Positions 8,684 through 16,618 of a stretch of DNA of 64,000 nucleotides are shown here, piece after piece. Below the pieces are notes generated by a model, which made no database searches, had not been told where the DNA came from, and worked only from the letters and a program-made list of their open reading frames with translations. The translations under genes and the position numbers were made by a program. Within the stretch, counting starts at the first letter, position 1; every line of letters starts with the position of its first letter. The stretch spans positions 3,520,001 to 3,584,000 of the forward strand of contig OZ251997.1 in NCBI GenBank assembly GCA_965247095.1, in the 5' to 3' direction. Source of the DNA: Candidatus Multivorans sp. (GTDB lineage Bacteria; Acidobacteriota; Thermoanaerobaculia; Multivoradales; Multivoraceae).

Positions 8684-9481
8684 GTGGGTGATGCGTCTCT
8701 CGGCGGCCGGCGTCGCCGGCAGCACCTGTTCCTGCTGCGCGAGCTGGTGGTGCGGAACCTCCGGTCGCGTTACGCGGGTTCGGCACTGGGTCTCGTGTGG
8801 TCGCTGCTCAACCCGTTGTGGCAGCTCCTGCTGTTCACGTTCGTGTTTTCGTTCGTGCTTCGCTTCCCGCTCGATGGAGAGCAGACCGACAGCTTCGCTG
8901 TCTTCCTGTTCTGCGGGCTGTTGCCCTGGTTCGCGATCCACGAGGGGCTGAGCCGTTCCGCGTCGGCGATCACGGACAATCCCGACCTGATCAAGAAGAT
9001 GCGGCTGCCGGGGGAGCTGCTGGTGGCGTCCATGGTGCTCGGCGCCCTGCTCCACGCCGGGGTGGGCGCCCTGGCGTTCATCGTTGTCCTGGCCGTGATG
9101 GGGGAACTCTCCGTCGCCAGCCTTCCTCTGCTGCTGGTCGCTGTGCTCCTGCAGGTGGCGCTGACCTTCGGCCTTGGATTGGGTCTGGCGGGGGCGAACG
9201 TCTACATCCGGGACGTCGCGCAGGCCGCGGGCCTGATTCTGAATACGTGGTTCTACGTCACGCCGATCATCTACTCGGTGAACGTGGCCCGGAATGAGAC
9301 CCTTCGGCAGGTGCTGGAGCTCAACCCACTGACGGGTCTGGTCTACCTCTACCGGGCCGCGTTCCTCGGCGGAGGGCTTCGGGTCAGCCTGGTTCCGCTT
9401 CTTGCCTGCGCCGCCGGCGCTCTCATCCTGGGCGGCGCCCTGTTTGCCCGGTTGAAGGATGGTCTTGCGGATGAGATCTGA
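8684..9481 (+). CDS. ABC-2 type polysaccharide export permease (Wzm/TagG-like)
   Basis: RNLRSRYAGSALGLVWSLLNPL, FYVTPIIY, LNPL, about 6 TM helices. Confidence 0.9.
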   Translation: MGDASLGGRRRRQHLFLLRELVVRNLRSRYAGSALGLVWSLLNPLWQLLLFTFVFSFVLRFPLDGEQTDSFAVFLFCGLLPWFAIHEGLSRSASAITDNPDLIKKMRLPGELLVASMVLGALLHAGVGALAFIVVLAVMGELSVASLPLLLVAVLLQVALTFGLGLGLAGANVYIRDVAQAAGLILNTWFYVTPIIYSVNVARNETLRQVLELNPLTGLVYLYRAAFLGGGLRVSLVPLLACAAGALILGGALFARLKDGLADEI

Positions 9482-10544
9482 GGTGACTGGCGCTCTCAGC
9501 GACGCGGCCATTACGGCAGTCGTCGTCCACTACCGGACGCCTCGGCTCCTCGAGGCGGCGGTGGAGGCGCTCCAGGCGGACGCGCGGGCATCCGGTCTGC
9601 GCCTTGAGGTCATCGTGGTGGACAACGGCGCCCGGTCGGGCGGGCCGGCGGAGCACCTCGACCTGGCGCGTGTCAAGACGTGGGTCCTCGAGCCGCCTTC
9701 GAACCTGGGCTACGCGGGCGGGATCAATCTCGGCGCCCGCGCGCCGGCAGGCGATGTCGTGCTGCTGATGAACGCGGATGTCGTCGTGGAACCGGGGTGC
9801 CTGAGGGCGCTCGTCGAGGCGCTCGGCGAGGCCGACATCGCGGGCCCGAGGCTGTTCTGGGATCGCGGCTGCCGGCTGATGCTGCCGCCGCAGCAGGTCC
9901 GAACGCGGATCGCCGAACTGGACGCGGTCTGGGCCGAGCGATCGGCGGCCTGGGGCCGTTGGTACCGCCGCCGGTGGCGGCGTCGCGCCCGCGCTCTCTG
10001 GTCGGCCCGGGAACCTGTGCCCTGCTTCGAGCTGACCGGCGCCTGTCTGGCCACAACAAGGGACTGCTGGCGCCGGTTTGGACCGTTCGACGAGGGCTAC
10101 CGGCTCTACTTCGAGGAGACCGACTGGTTGCTTCGCGCGCGGGCGCTGGGCGCGAGGGCGGTCCTGGTTCCGGCCGCGCGCGCGGTTCACGCCTACGACC
10201 AGAGCGCCCAGCTTGAACCTCGCGCGCAGAGGTGGTTCGAGCAGTCGATGGCGCGCTTCCGCCGGCGCCGCTACGGCGCTTGGTTCGCGGCGCTGCTGCG
10301 GCTCCTCGAACGCTTGCCCCGGCGCTTCGCCGATCCGCCGCCGCTTCCGGACGGGCCAGTGGACGGCGAGGCCTGGCTCGAGGTCACGCCCCTGCCGCTG
10401 GGTGTCCCCGCTGCGGGCTGCCGCCTTGACGGTGGCGGCGTGCCCCACTACGAGTTGCCGCCGGATGTCGTGGAGGGCGCCAGGTCCGAGCTGTGGATGC
10501 GCGTCAGCGACGGCGCCGGCCGGGATCTCGCCGGGCCGAAGTAG
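9471..10544 (+). CDS. Glycosyltransferase family 2
   Basis: VIVVDN, NLGYAGGIN, LLMNAD, GACL, GPFDEGYRLYFEETDW. Confidence 0.88.
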   Translation: MRSEVTGALSDAAITAVVVHYRTPRLLEAAVEALQADARASGLRLEVIVVDNGARSGGPAEHLDLARVKTWVLEPPSNLGYAGGINLGARAPAGDVVLLMNADVVVEPGCLRALVEALGEADIAGPRLFWDRGCRLMLPPQQVRTRIAELDAVWAERSAAWGRWYRRRWRRRARALWSAREPVPCFELTGACLATTRDCWRRFGPFDEGYRLYFEETDWLLRARALGARAVLVPAARAVHAYDQSAQLEPRAQRWFEQSMARFRRRRYGAWFAALLRLLERLPRRFADPPPLPDGPVDGEAWLEVTPLPLGVPAAGCRLDGGGVPHYELPPDVVEGARSELWMRVSDGAGRDLAGPK

Positions 10545-10554
10545 CATCGCGGGC

Positions 10555-11934
10555 GTGAACGCGAAGCGCGGCGCGCAGACAGCCGCTGCAGCGGTCGCGG
10601 CTTGGCATCGTTGCCTCGAACGCCGCCGTGCGGGGGTGGCGCCGGAGGGCGGTCTCGGCCAGGCCGTCGCGGCGGTGCTGCGCCGGGGCGGTGTGGAGAC
10701 CGTGCAGCCGGAGGGGTTTCGCCTGGTGATCGGCTCGGGGTCGGTCGGCGCCGCGGAGGAACTGCCGGATGAGGTGGCGATCGGGTGGGCGTACGCCGCC
10801 GCCGCCTGCGAGTCGGCGCCGAGCGGCTACGACCGGCTGATCGTCGATCTGCTCGAGGCGGGCTTCCGGCCGGTCGCCGAGCAAGCCGGTGTGCCGGCGC
10901 CCGTCGCGGGCGACGAGGCGGCGCCGCCGTTCCGCGTGGTGCGCGCGCGCCGCGACGGGTACCGTCTCCGCAGCTACCGGCCGGGGGACGAGGAGGCGAT
11001 TCTCGAGTTGTTCCGGGACAGCTTCCGGAGCGACCTTTGCCTGGAGCACTGGGCCTGGAAGTACCTCGACAACCCGCGGGGCGGGCCCCGGATCTCGCTC
11101 GCGTTCTCGCCCGGCGGCGAACTCGTCTGCCAGTACTGCGCGTACCCGGTGCGCTGGCACGGCCTGCCGCCGATGAGCCCCGCCGACAGCCACCAGATCG
11201 GGGACACGATGACGCGCCGCAGCGCCCGCGCCGTCGGCCGCGGGCCGACCAGCTTGCTCGCGCGATCGGCGAGGCACTTCTATCTCGTGAACTGCAAGGG
11301 CCGGATCGCGTTCAACTACGGCTTCAACACCGGCAACATCCTGAAGTTCTCCAACCGCTTCCTGGATGTGCGGCAGGTGGAGGACGTGCCCTACCGGGAG
11401 CTGCCGCCCGAGGCCCGGCTCGGCCGCAGCGCCCGGCACGGCCGCCGCTACGATCTGCGGCGGATCACGGAGCGTTCAGAGGTCGACGCCGGCTTCGATG
11501 CCCTGTTCGAGCGCGTGAGCGACCGCTACGGATTGCTGGTCGAACGCTCCGCCGAGTACCTGCGCTGGCGCTATCTCGACTGCCCGGCCGAGGGCCCCGA
11601 GTTGATCGCTGCCTACCGGCGGGGACGCCTGGCGGCGTGGGTGGCGGCGACGCGGCTGCCCGATCGGGTGGAATGGGGCGACGCCCTGGTCGATCCGGCC
11701 GAGCGGCCGGCCCTGCGCGCGCTGCTCGCCGAGATACGGGCGCCCGGTCTCCCGGTCGTCGGTTGGTTCAGCGACCGGCCCCGCTGGCTGTCGAAGGAGC
11801 TGGACGCTCTCGGCCTGGTCCGGCGTCCCGAGCCGCAGGGGCTGGTGACGGGGCTCGCGCCCTTCGTCCGCGGCGACGCCGTGTCGCTGCTCCGCCGGGG
11901 CTATTACACGAAGGGCGACAGCGATCTGTTCTGA
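10555..11934 (+). CDS. GNAT-fold acyltransferase-like protein of glycan-modification clusters
   Basis: LRSYRPGDEEAILELF, WAWKYLDNP, DTMT, YGFN, ERSAEYLRWRY, C-terminal GDSDLF. Start GTG 10555 inferred. Confidence 0.65.
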   Translation: MNAKRGAQTAAAAVAAWHRCLERRRAGVAPEGGLGQAVAAVLRRGGVETVQPEGFRLVIGSGSVGAAEELPDEVAIGWAYAAAACESAPSGYDRLIVDLLEAGFRPVAEQAGVPAPVAGDEAAPPFRVVRARRDGYRLRSYRPGDEEAILELFRDSFRSDLCLEHWAWKYLDNPRGGPRISLAFSPGGELVCQYCAYPVRWHGLPPMSPADSHQIGDTMTRRSARAVGRGPTSLLARSARHFYLVNCKGRIAFNYGFNTGNILKFSNRFLDVRQVEDVPYRELPPEARLGRSARHGRRYDLRRITERSEVDAGFDALFERVSDRYGLLVERSAEYLRWRYLDCPAEGPELIAAYRRGRLAAWVAATRLPDRVEWGDALVDPAERPALRALLAEIRAPGLPVVGWFSDRPRWLSKELDALGLVRRPEPQGLVTGLAPFVRGDAVSLLRRGYYTKGDSDLF

Positions 11935-12114
11935 CGTGCGCCGGCCGCGAGGGTCCGAGTTCGGCTGGGTGCAGTGCGGCACTGCACTATGACACGCGAT
12001 CTTCATGGGTACGTTAGAATCGGTCCGCTTCGACAGTTCCGGAACCCGTGGCTTGCTGGCTGTTAGAACGAACGGGTCAGTGCGGCCTTCGGCGGGCAGC
12101 TTTGGGAGTAGGTT

Positions 12115-12642
12115 GTGGCCGTCAGGATGAACGATACGCTGCTCGAGTTGATCGAGGGCGACATCACTGAACTGCAAGTCGACGCGATCGTCAATTCGGC
12201 AAACGAGGATCTGCAGCTTGGCGGCGGTGTCGCCGGCGCCGTGCGCGAGAAGGGCGGCGCCTCGATCCAGGACGAGTGCAACCGCATCGGCGGCACGCCG
12301 GTCGGCACGGCGGTGATGACCGGCGCCGGCATGCTGAAGGCGAAGCAGGTGATCCACGCCGTCGGTCCCCGCATGGGCGAGGGCGACGAGGACCGCAAGC
12401 TGGCCGCCGCGGTGCGGGCGTCGCTCGCTCTCGCCGATCGCAACGGCCAGCGCACGATCGCCATCCCGGCGATCTCCACCGGGGTGTTCGGGTACCCGGT
12501 CGACCGCTGCGCCCGCATCCTGCTGACGGAGGTTCATCGCTACCTCCAGGGCGGCACGAAGCTGGAGCGCGTCGTCGTCTGCCTGCACGGCGACGGGAAA
12601 TACCAGACGTTCCGCAACGAACTCCGCCGCGGCTTCCGCTAG
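12115..12642 (+). CDS. Macro domain protein (O-acetyl-ADP-ribose deacetylase, YmdB-like)
   Basis: GDIT, DAIVNSAN, GGGVAGA, VIHAVGP, IPAISTGVFGYP. Confidence 0.92.
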   Translation: MAVRMNDTLLELIEGDITELQVDAIVNSANEDLQLGGGVAGAVREKGGASIQDECNRIGGTPVGTAVMTGAGMLKAKQVIHAVGPRMGEGDEDRKLAAAVRASLALADRNGQRTIAIPAISTGVFGYPVDRCARILLTEVHRYLQGGTKLERVVVCLHGDGKYQTFRNELRRGFR

Positions 12643-13901
12643 GCCCCGAACTTCGCCAGCTTCCCCGCGTTCGCGAGCAACAGCCCCATCAACTCGCTCG
12701 CCGGAATCGTGCCCACGGCGCCGCGGATCGCCTCGACCTCGCTGAAGCGCGCGCAGTCGTCGACGAAGCACTGCTCCGACCACACAAGAAGCGGCACGGG
12801 GTGCCAACTGTGGGCCTTCATCGGCGCCGGGGTCGAGTGGTCGCCGGTGATGGCGAGCACGTCCGGACCCAGGTCGAGCAGGCGCGGCAGCAGGCCGTCC
12901 ACGGTCTCGATGACCTCCGCCTTGGCGGCGAGGTCGCCGTCCTCGCCGGCCATGTCGGTGCCCTTGACGTGGAGGAAGAAGTAGTCGAAGTCAGCCCAGC
13001 GCTCCTCGAGCCGGTCGAGCACCTGCTCGAAGGGCTTGCCGCAACCTATGACCTCCATGCCGCAGACCTTCGCCACGCCGCGGTAGAGCGGATAGCCGGC
13101 CAGGGCGGCCGCGCGCAGACGGTAAAGCTCGCCCACGCCCGGCAGCGCCGGCAGCCTGGAGAAGCCGCGGAGCAGGAACGTGTTCACGCGCTCTTCGGCC
13201 CGTAGCTCCCCTTGAAGCGCCTCGACCGCCGGCGCGATGCGGCGGGCCGTTTCCCGGGCCGCCTCGCCTGCGGCGCCTGGGCCCGCGGCCGCCTCGAGCG
13301 GCAGCGGCGGCACGCCGAGCTGCTGCGGGTCCGTGTCCAACAGCCCCGGATCGAGCGGCGGCGTCCCGTCGAGCGCCCGGAACAGGAGCACGAAGCGATA
13401 CGCCTCGCCCGGGTGGATCTCGACCCGGACGCCGTCGCCGAGCACCCCGCCGGCGGCCTCGATCCGGCGCGCGAGGAGCGCGCAGATCCGCTCGCCCTCC
13501 GCGGTCGGGATGCGCCCGGCGCGCCGGTCCAGGAGCAGGCCGGCGTCGTCGACGGTGGCGAAGTTGCCGCGCGCTGTGACCACCTCGGGCGGGAAGTCCA
13601 GGCCGAGACCGAGCGCCTCCAGCACGCCGCGGCCGATGTCCGCATCCGGCGAGGTCGGCTCGTACCCGAACAGGGCCAGGTGGCCCGGCCCGCTGCCCGG
13701 CGTGATGCCGGTACCGGCCGGCGCCAGGCGGCCCAGCGCCGAGCGCGCCGCCAGCCGGTCGAGGTTGGGGGTGCGGGCCTCGTCCAGGGCCGTCCGCGGT
13801 TGGACGGCCGTGCGCAGGTCTCCGACGCCGTCGAGCACCAGCAGCACGATCCGGCGCTCGTTCCGCTGCGCCAGGCGTGTCAAGAGTTCTTGACGCCTCA
13901 C
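12639..13901 (-). CDS. apgM: Cofactor-independent phosphoglycerate mutase, ApgM type
   Basis: LVLDGVGD, TPNLD, PGSGPGHLALFGY, HVKGTDMAGEDG, TGDHSTP, HSWHPVP. Confidence 0.88.
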   Translation of the reverse strand: MRRQELLTRLAQRNERRIVLLVLDGVGDLRTAVQPRTALDEARTPNLDRLAARSALGRLAPAGTGITPGSGPGHLALFGYEPTSPDADIGRGVLEALGLGLDFPPEVVTARGNFATVDDAGLLLDRRAGRIPTAEGERICALLARRIEAAGGVLGDGVRVEIHPGEAYRFVLLFRALDGTPPLDPGLLDTDPQQLGVPPLPLEAAAGPGAAGEAARETARRIAPAVEALQGELRAEERVNTFLLRGFSRLPALPGVGELYRLRAAALAGYPLYRGVAKVCGMEVIGCGKPFEQVLDRLEERWADFDYFFLHVKGTDMAGEDGDLAAKAEVIETVDGLLPRLLDLGPDVLAITGDHSTPAPMKAHSWHPVPLLVWSEQCFVDDCARFSEVEAIRGAVGTIPASELMGLLLANAGKLAKFGA

Positions 13902-14005
13902 GGCTAGCGCGGCAGTATCGTCGCCGCTTCGCGGCGCGTTTCCTCTCGGAAGCCGGCGGGGGCGCCGGCGCAGCCAGTTTCTGCCGCGCACCCTCCCAGG
14001 TCCGT

Positions 14006-14422
14006 TCAGGCTACGAAGTAGGCCGAAGAGCGGATCTGCACCCGCGTCCGCGGCTGAAAGCCGCCGCCGTGAAGCCGGAGCGCCGTATCCCCGGAGAGCA
14101 CCGGCAGGACGATCCAGCCGTCGAAGGTCTCGCCCCGTTGGTACGGGGACACCACCGGTTCCAGCTCGGCGAGCCGCGTCCAGTGACCGTCCTTGACGAA
14201 GTTCGCCCGCAGCTCGAGGTATGCCTTGTCCAGGTCGATGTTCTTGCCTTCCCGCGGGTGCCAGACCGAGACGACGAACCGCATCTCGTCGTAGCGGAGC
14301 GTGTCCACGCGCTCGCCCAACTCGTGCGCCAACGGGTAGACGAAGGCACCCATGCTGTCGGTCGCGAAAATCTCCGGCGTGGCCGTGAAGGCCACGTGGA
14401 GCGGCTGTACGTTCGGGCTCAT
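14006..14422 (-). CDS. Hypothetical protein (138 aa), now fused in frame to an upstream duplicated fragment
   Basis: MSPNVQPLHVAFTATPEIF... has coding-like composition. The longer track ORF includes the 14463-14652 repeat. Confidence 0.5.
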   Translation of the reverse strand: MSPNVQPLHVAFTATPEIFATDSMGAFVYPLAHELGERVDTLRYDEMRFVVSVWHPREGKNIDLDKAYLELRANFVKDGHWTRLAELEPVVSPYQRGETFDGWIVLPVLSGDTALRLHGGGFQPRTRVQIRSSAYFVA

Positions 14423-14462
14423 TCGGGGATCGCCGCCGAAGCGATGCAGGTTATCAGGCTGG

Positions 14463-14652
14463 CTTTGAAAGGCCCACAGGACGTAGCGACCGGCGTACTT
14501 CCGGCGGTACTCCTCAAAGTGCTCTTCGTAGAAAGCGACCTCTTCTGCGAGCGCCTTCTCGGTCATTGGGATCTCCTTTTCGACTAGCGACGATGTCGCC
14601 GTGTTCGTGAACTCGAACGAGAACACCCCCTCCGGCAACGACTCTAACCACA
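14463..14652. repeat. Internally deleted direct-repeat copy of 15766-16574
   Basis: 14477-14652 matches 16399-16574 (176 bp, 3 mismatches) and 14463-14479 matches 15766-15782 (ctttgaaaggcccacag). The two parts join at a shared CAG. Confidence 0.9.
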
Positions 14653-14674
14653 ACCCAGCGAAAGGAGATCCCCC

Positions 14675-15195
14675 ATGCAGGTACGACACCTGCCCCCCGA
14701 GGCGACGATCAGCGAGCGCGTCAAGGTGGTGCGGCAGTGGCGCCGGGCCATGTCGGCGGGTCTGACGTCCCGGGAAGCGGCTGACGCTGTGGGCGTGTCC
14801 CGAGCGACGCTGTACCGGTCGATCGCACCTCGAGATGGGCCGCCGCCCTGGCCGCCAGCCACGCCACCGCAGCCTCCGCCAAGCGGTTCCTCGACCACCT
14901 GGTCGAGCAGGCGCCGTTTGCGGTCCAGGCCATCCAGGTCGACGGCGGCAGCGAGTTCATGGCCGACTTCGAGCAGGCCTGCAAGCACCGAGGCATCGAA
15001 CTCTGCGTCCTGCCGCCTCGCTCACCACAGCTCAACGGCCGCGTCGAACGCCTCCAGGCCACCTTCCGGCACGAGTTCTACGCCACCTACCCTGTGCCCC
15101 ACCTGATTCAGCCGCTCAACCGATGCCTCCAGGACTTCGCTCACCACTACAACCACCAAAGACCACACCAGGCGCTCGGCGGCAGAACACCGTGG
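14675..15195 (+). mobile_element. IS481-like DDE transposase relic (HTH + rve core, middle deleted)
   Basis: HTH SREAADAVGVSRATLYR; integrase core IQVDGGSEF, PPRSPQLNGRVER, YNHQRPHQALGGRTP in a different frame. Confidence 0.8.
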
Positions 15196-15724
15196 CAGAG
15201 GACTGAGGGATCAGTACGAGAAAGCGCTTTTCTCGGCTGGTCTGGGGCGCCGCTATCACGACAAGCTAGAGCGTCACTACTCCGGCATGGGGTGGTGGAA
15301 CAGAGCCTTGTCCGTAGGAGCGGGCGGCGTGGCGGCTTTCGCCACGCACGATCGTTTCGACGACGAGGTCGGACTGGCGTTCCAGTTCGGCTCGGCGCTG
15401 ATCGTCGCTTTCCTGACGGCATGGCGGCGGGCTGCCGTGACGACCGAGCGCGTCTCGCTTCACAACCGCCTCAAGCGCCAGTTCGCCGAACTCGAACTGT
15501 TCCTCGACACCCATGATCCGTCGCTCGAGAGCCTCCGAGAAGCGAAGAAGAAGCGGGCCGAGATCGAGGACCAAGATCCCGAGACGCTTCGTCGCGTCCT
15601 GGCACGCATCTGTCACAACGAGCAACTGATGTCCTGGGGTGCGCCGAAGAATGAGTTCAGGCACGTTGGCTGGTTCCAGGCTCGCGCCGCCACGATGTTC
15701 AACACCCGCCTTCGGCCGAACTGA
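15191..15724 (+). CDS. SLATT-like 2-TM protein, native start probably removed by the adjacent IS relic
   Basis: The frame is open upstream of ATG 15287 (YEKALFSAGLGRRYHDKLERHY); two hydrophobic segments; LHNRLKRQFAELE...IEDQDPETLRRVLARICHNEQ pattern. Confidence 0.55.
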   Translation, partial: RGRGLRDQYEKALFSAGLGRRYHDKLERHYSGMGWWNRALSVGAGGVAAFATHDRFDDEVGLAFQFGSALIVAFLTAWRRAAVTTERVSLHNRLKRQFAELELFLDTHDPSLESLREAKKKRAEIEDQDPETLRRVLARICHNEQLMSWGAPKNEFRHVGWFQARAATMFNTRLRPN

Positions 15725-15791
15725 CGCCCCGCCCGCCCTCGTCGTCTACTTTGGTATGTAAGCCCCTTTGAAAGGCCCACAGTTGGCACAG

Positions 15792-16220
15792 CTAGTCGCC
15801 GTTCCGGGACTGGGTCGCCCAGCCCTCCTTGCCGTTGTAGACCAGGATTCCGTGGCGCAGGATGTCGCGACCGATGACCGCGACGTAGTCCAGGTTGGAG
15901 AGGTGAAAGCCGCGCCCGCGAAGGACCGTGAAGGTGCCGAAGCCGGTGATATCGACCTCTCCGAGCAGCAAAGGAACTTGGCCATCGTGTTGCCCTAGAA
16001 CGGTACTCAGTCGCCCGGTGCCGCTCTCGACCAACCCGGCCTGCCTGGCAGCCTTCAGGTCGAACGCCGTGACATCCGAGCCAGTATCGATGAGGGCTTC
16101 TCCCGTCACCGTTCCAGTGTGGACTCCAAGAGCCCGCCGCTCCCGCCTCAGATCCGGGGGAAGTCGAATCTCGACCTGGACGATGGCGCCGAAGTTCTCC
16201 CTAAGTTGGATTCTCGGCAT
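15792..16220 (-). CDS. Retropepsin-like (clan AA) aspartyl protease
   Basis: ALIDTGS catalytic motif and C-terminal VIGRDIL motif. Confidence 0.85.
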   Translation of the reverse strand: MPRIQLRENFGAIVQVEIRLPPDLRRERRALGVHTGTVTGEALIDTGSDVTAFDLKAARQAGLVESGTGRLSTVLGQHDGQVPLLLGEVDITGFGTFTVLRGRGFHLSNLDYVAVIGRDILRHGILVYNGKEGWATQSRNGD

Positions 16221-16488
16221 CGGAGGGTGTGAGGGTCTTCGTCACGATGGGCATCGCCACAATGGGAACGGCCGGTTCGCCGGCCTTGAGGACCAGGTAG
16301 CCGTGATCTTCCGTCCCCGTCTGCCACACTTGCCGGTAGCCGTCGTAGTTGGCCGCCAACTCATCCTCATACACGCCGATCAACTTGGGGCCGTGGATCA
16401 GGACGTAGCGACCGGGGTACTTCCGGCGGTACTCCTCAAAGTGCTCTTCGTAGAAAGCGACCTCTTCTGCGAGTGCCTTCTCGGTCAT
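16201..16488 (-). CDS. Small DUF5678-like protein coupled to the aspartyl protease
   Basis: RBS AAGGAG; MTEKALAEEVAFYEEHFEEYRRKYPGRYVLIHGPKLIGVYED; overlaps the protease start. Confidence 0.7.
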   Translation of the reverse strand: MTEKALAEEVAFYEEHFEEYRRKYPGRYVLIHGPKLIGVYEDELAANYDGYRQVWQTGTEDHGYLVLKAGEPAVPIVAMPIVTKTLTPSDAENPT

Positions 16489-16580
16489 TGGGATCTCCTT
16501 TTCGACTAGCGACGATGTCGCCGTGTTCGTGGACTCGAACGAGAACACCCCCTCCGGCAACGACTCTAACCACAGCCCTG

Positions 16581-16609
16581 TTGACAGGTGATAAGTGCCG
16601 CTTTACAGT
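16581..16609 (+). promoter_or_regulatory. Sigma70 promoter TTGACA-N17-TACAGT for a near-leaderless transcript
   Basis: Perfect -35, 17-bp spacer, ATG 10 nt after the -10 with no RBS; the -35 lies in the imperfect palindrome CTGT-TG-ACAG. Confidence 0.7.
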
Positions 16610-16618
16610 CGCTGGGCG

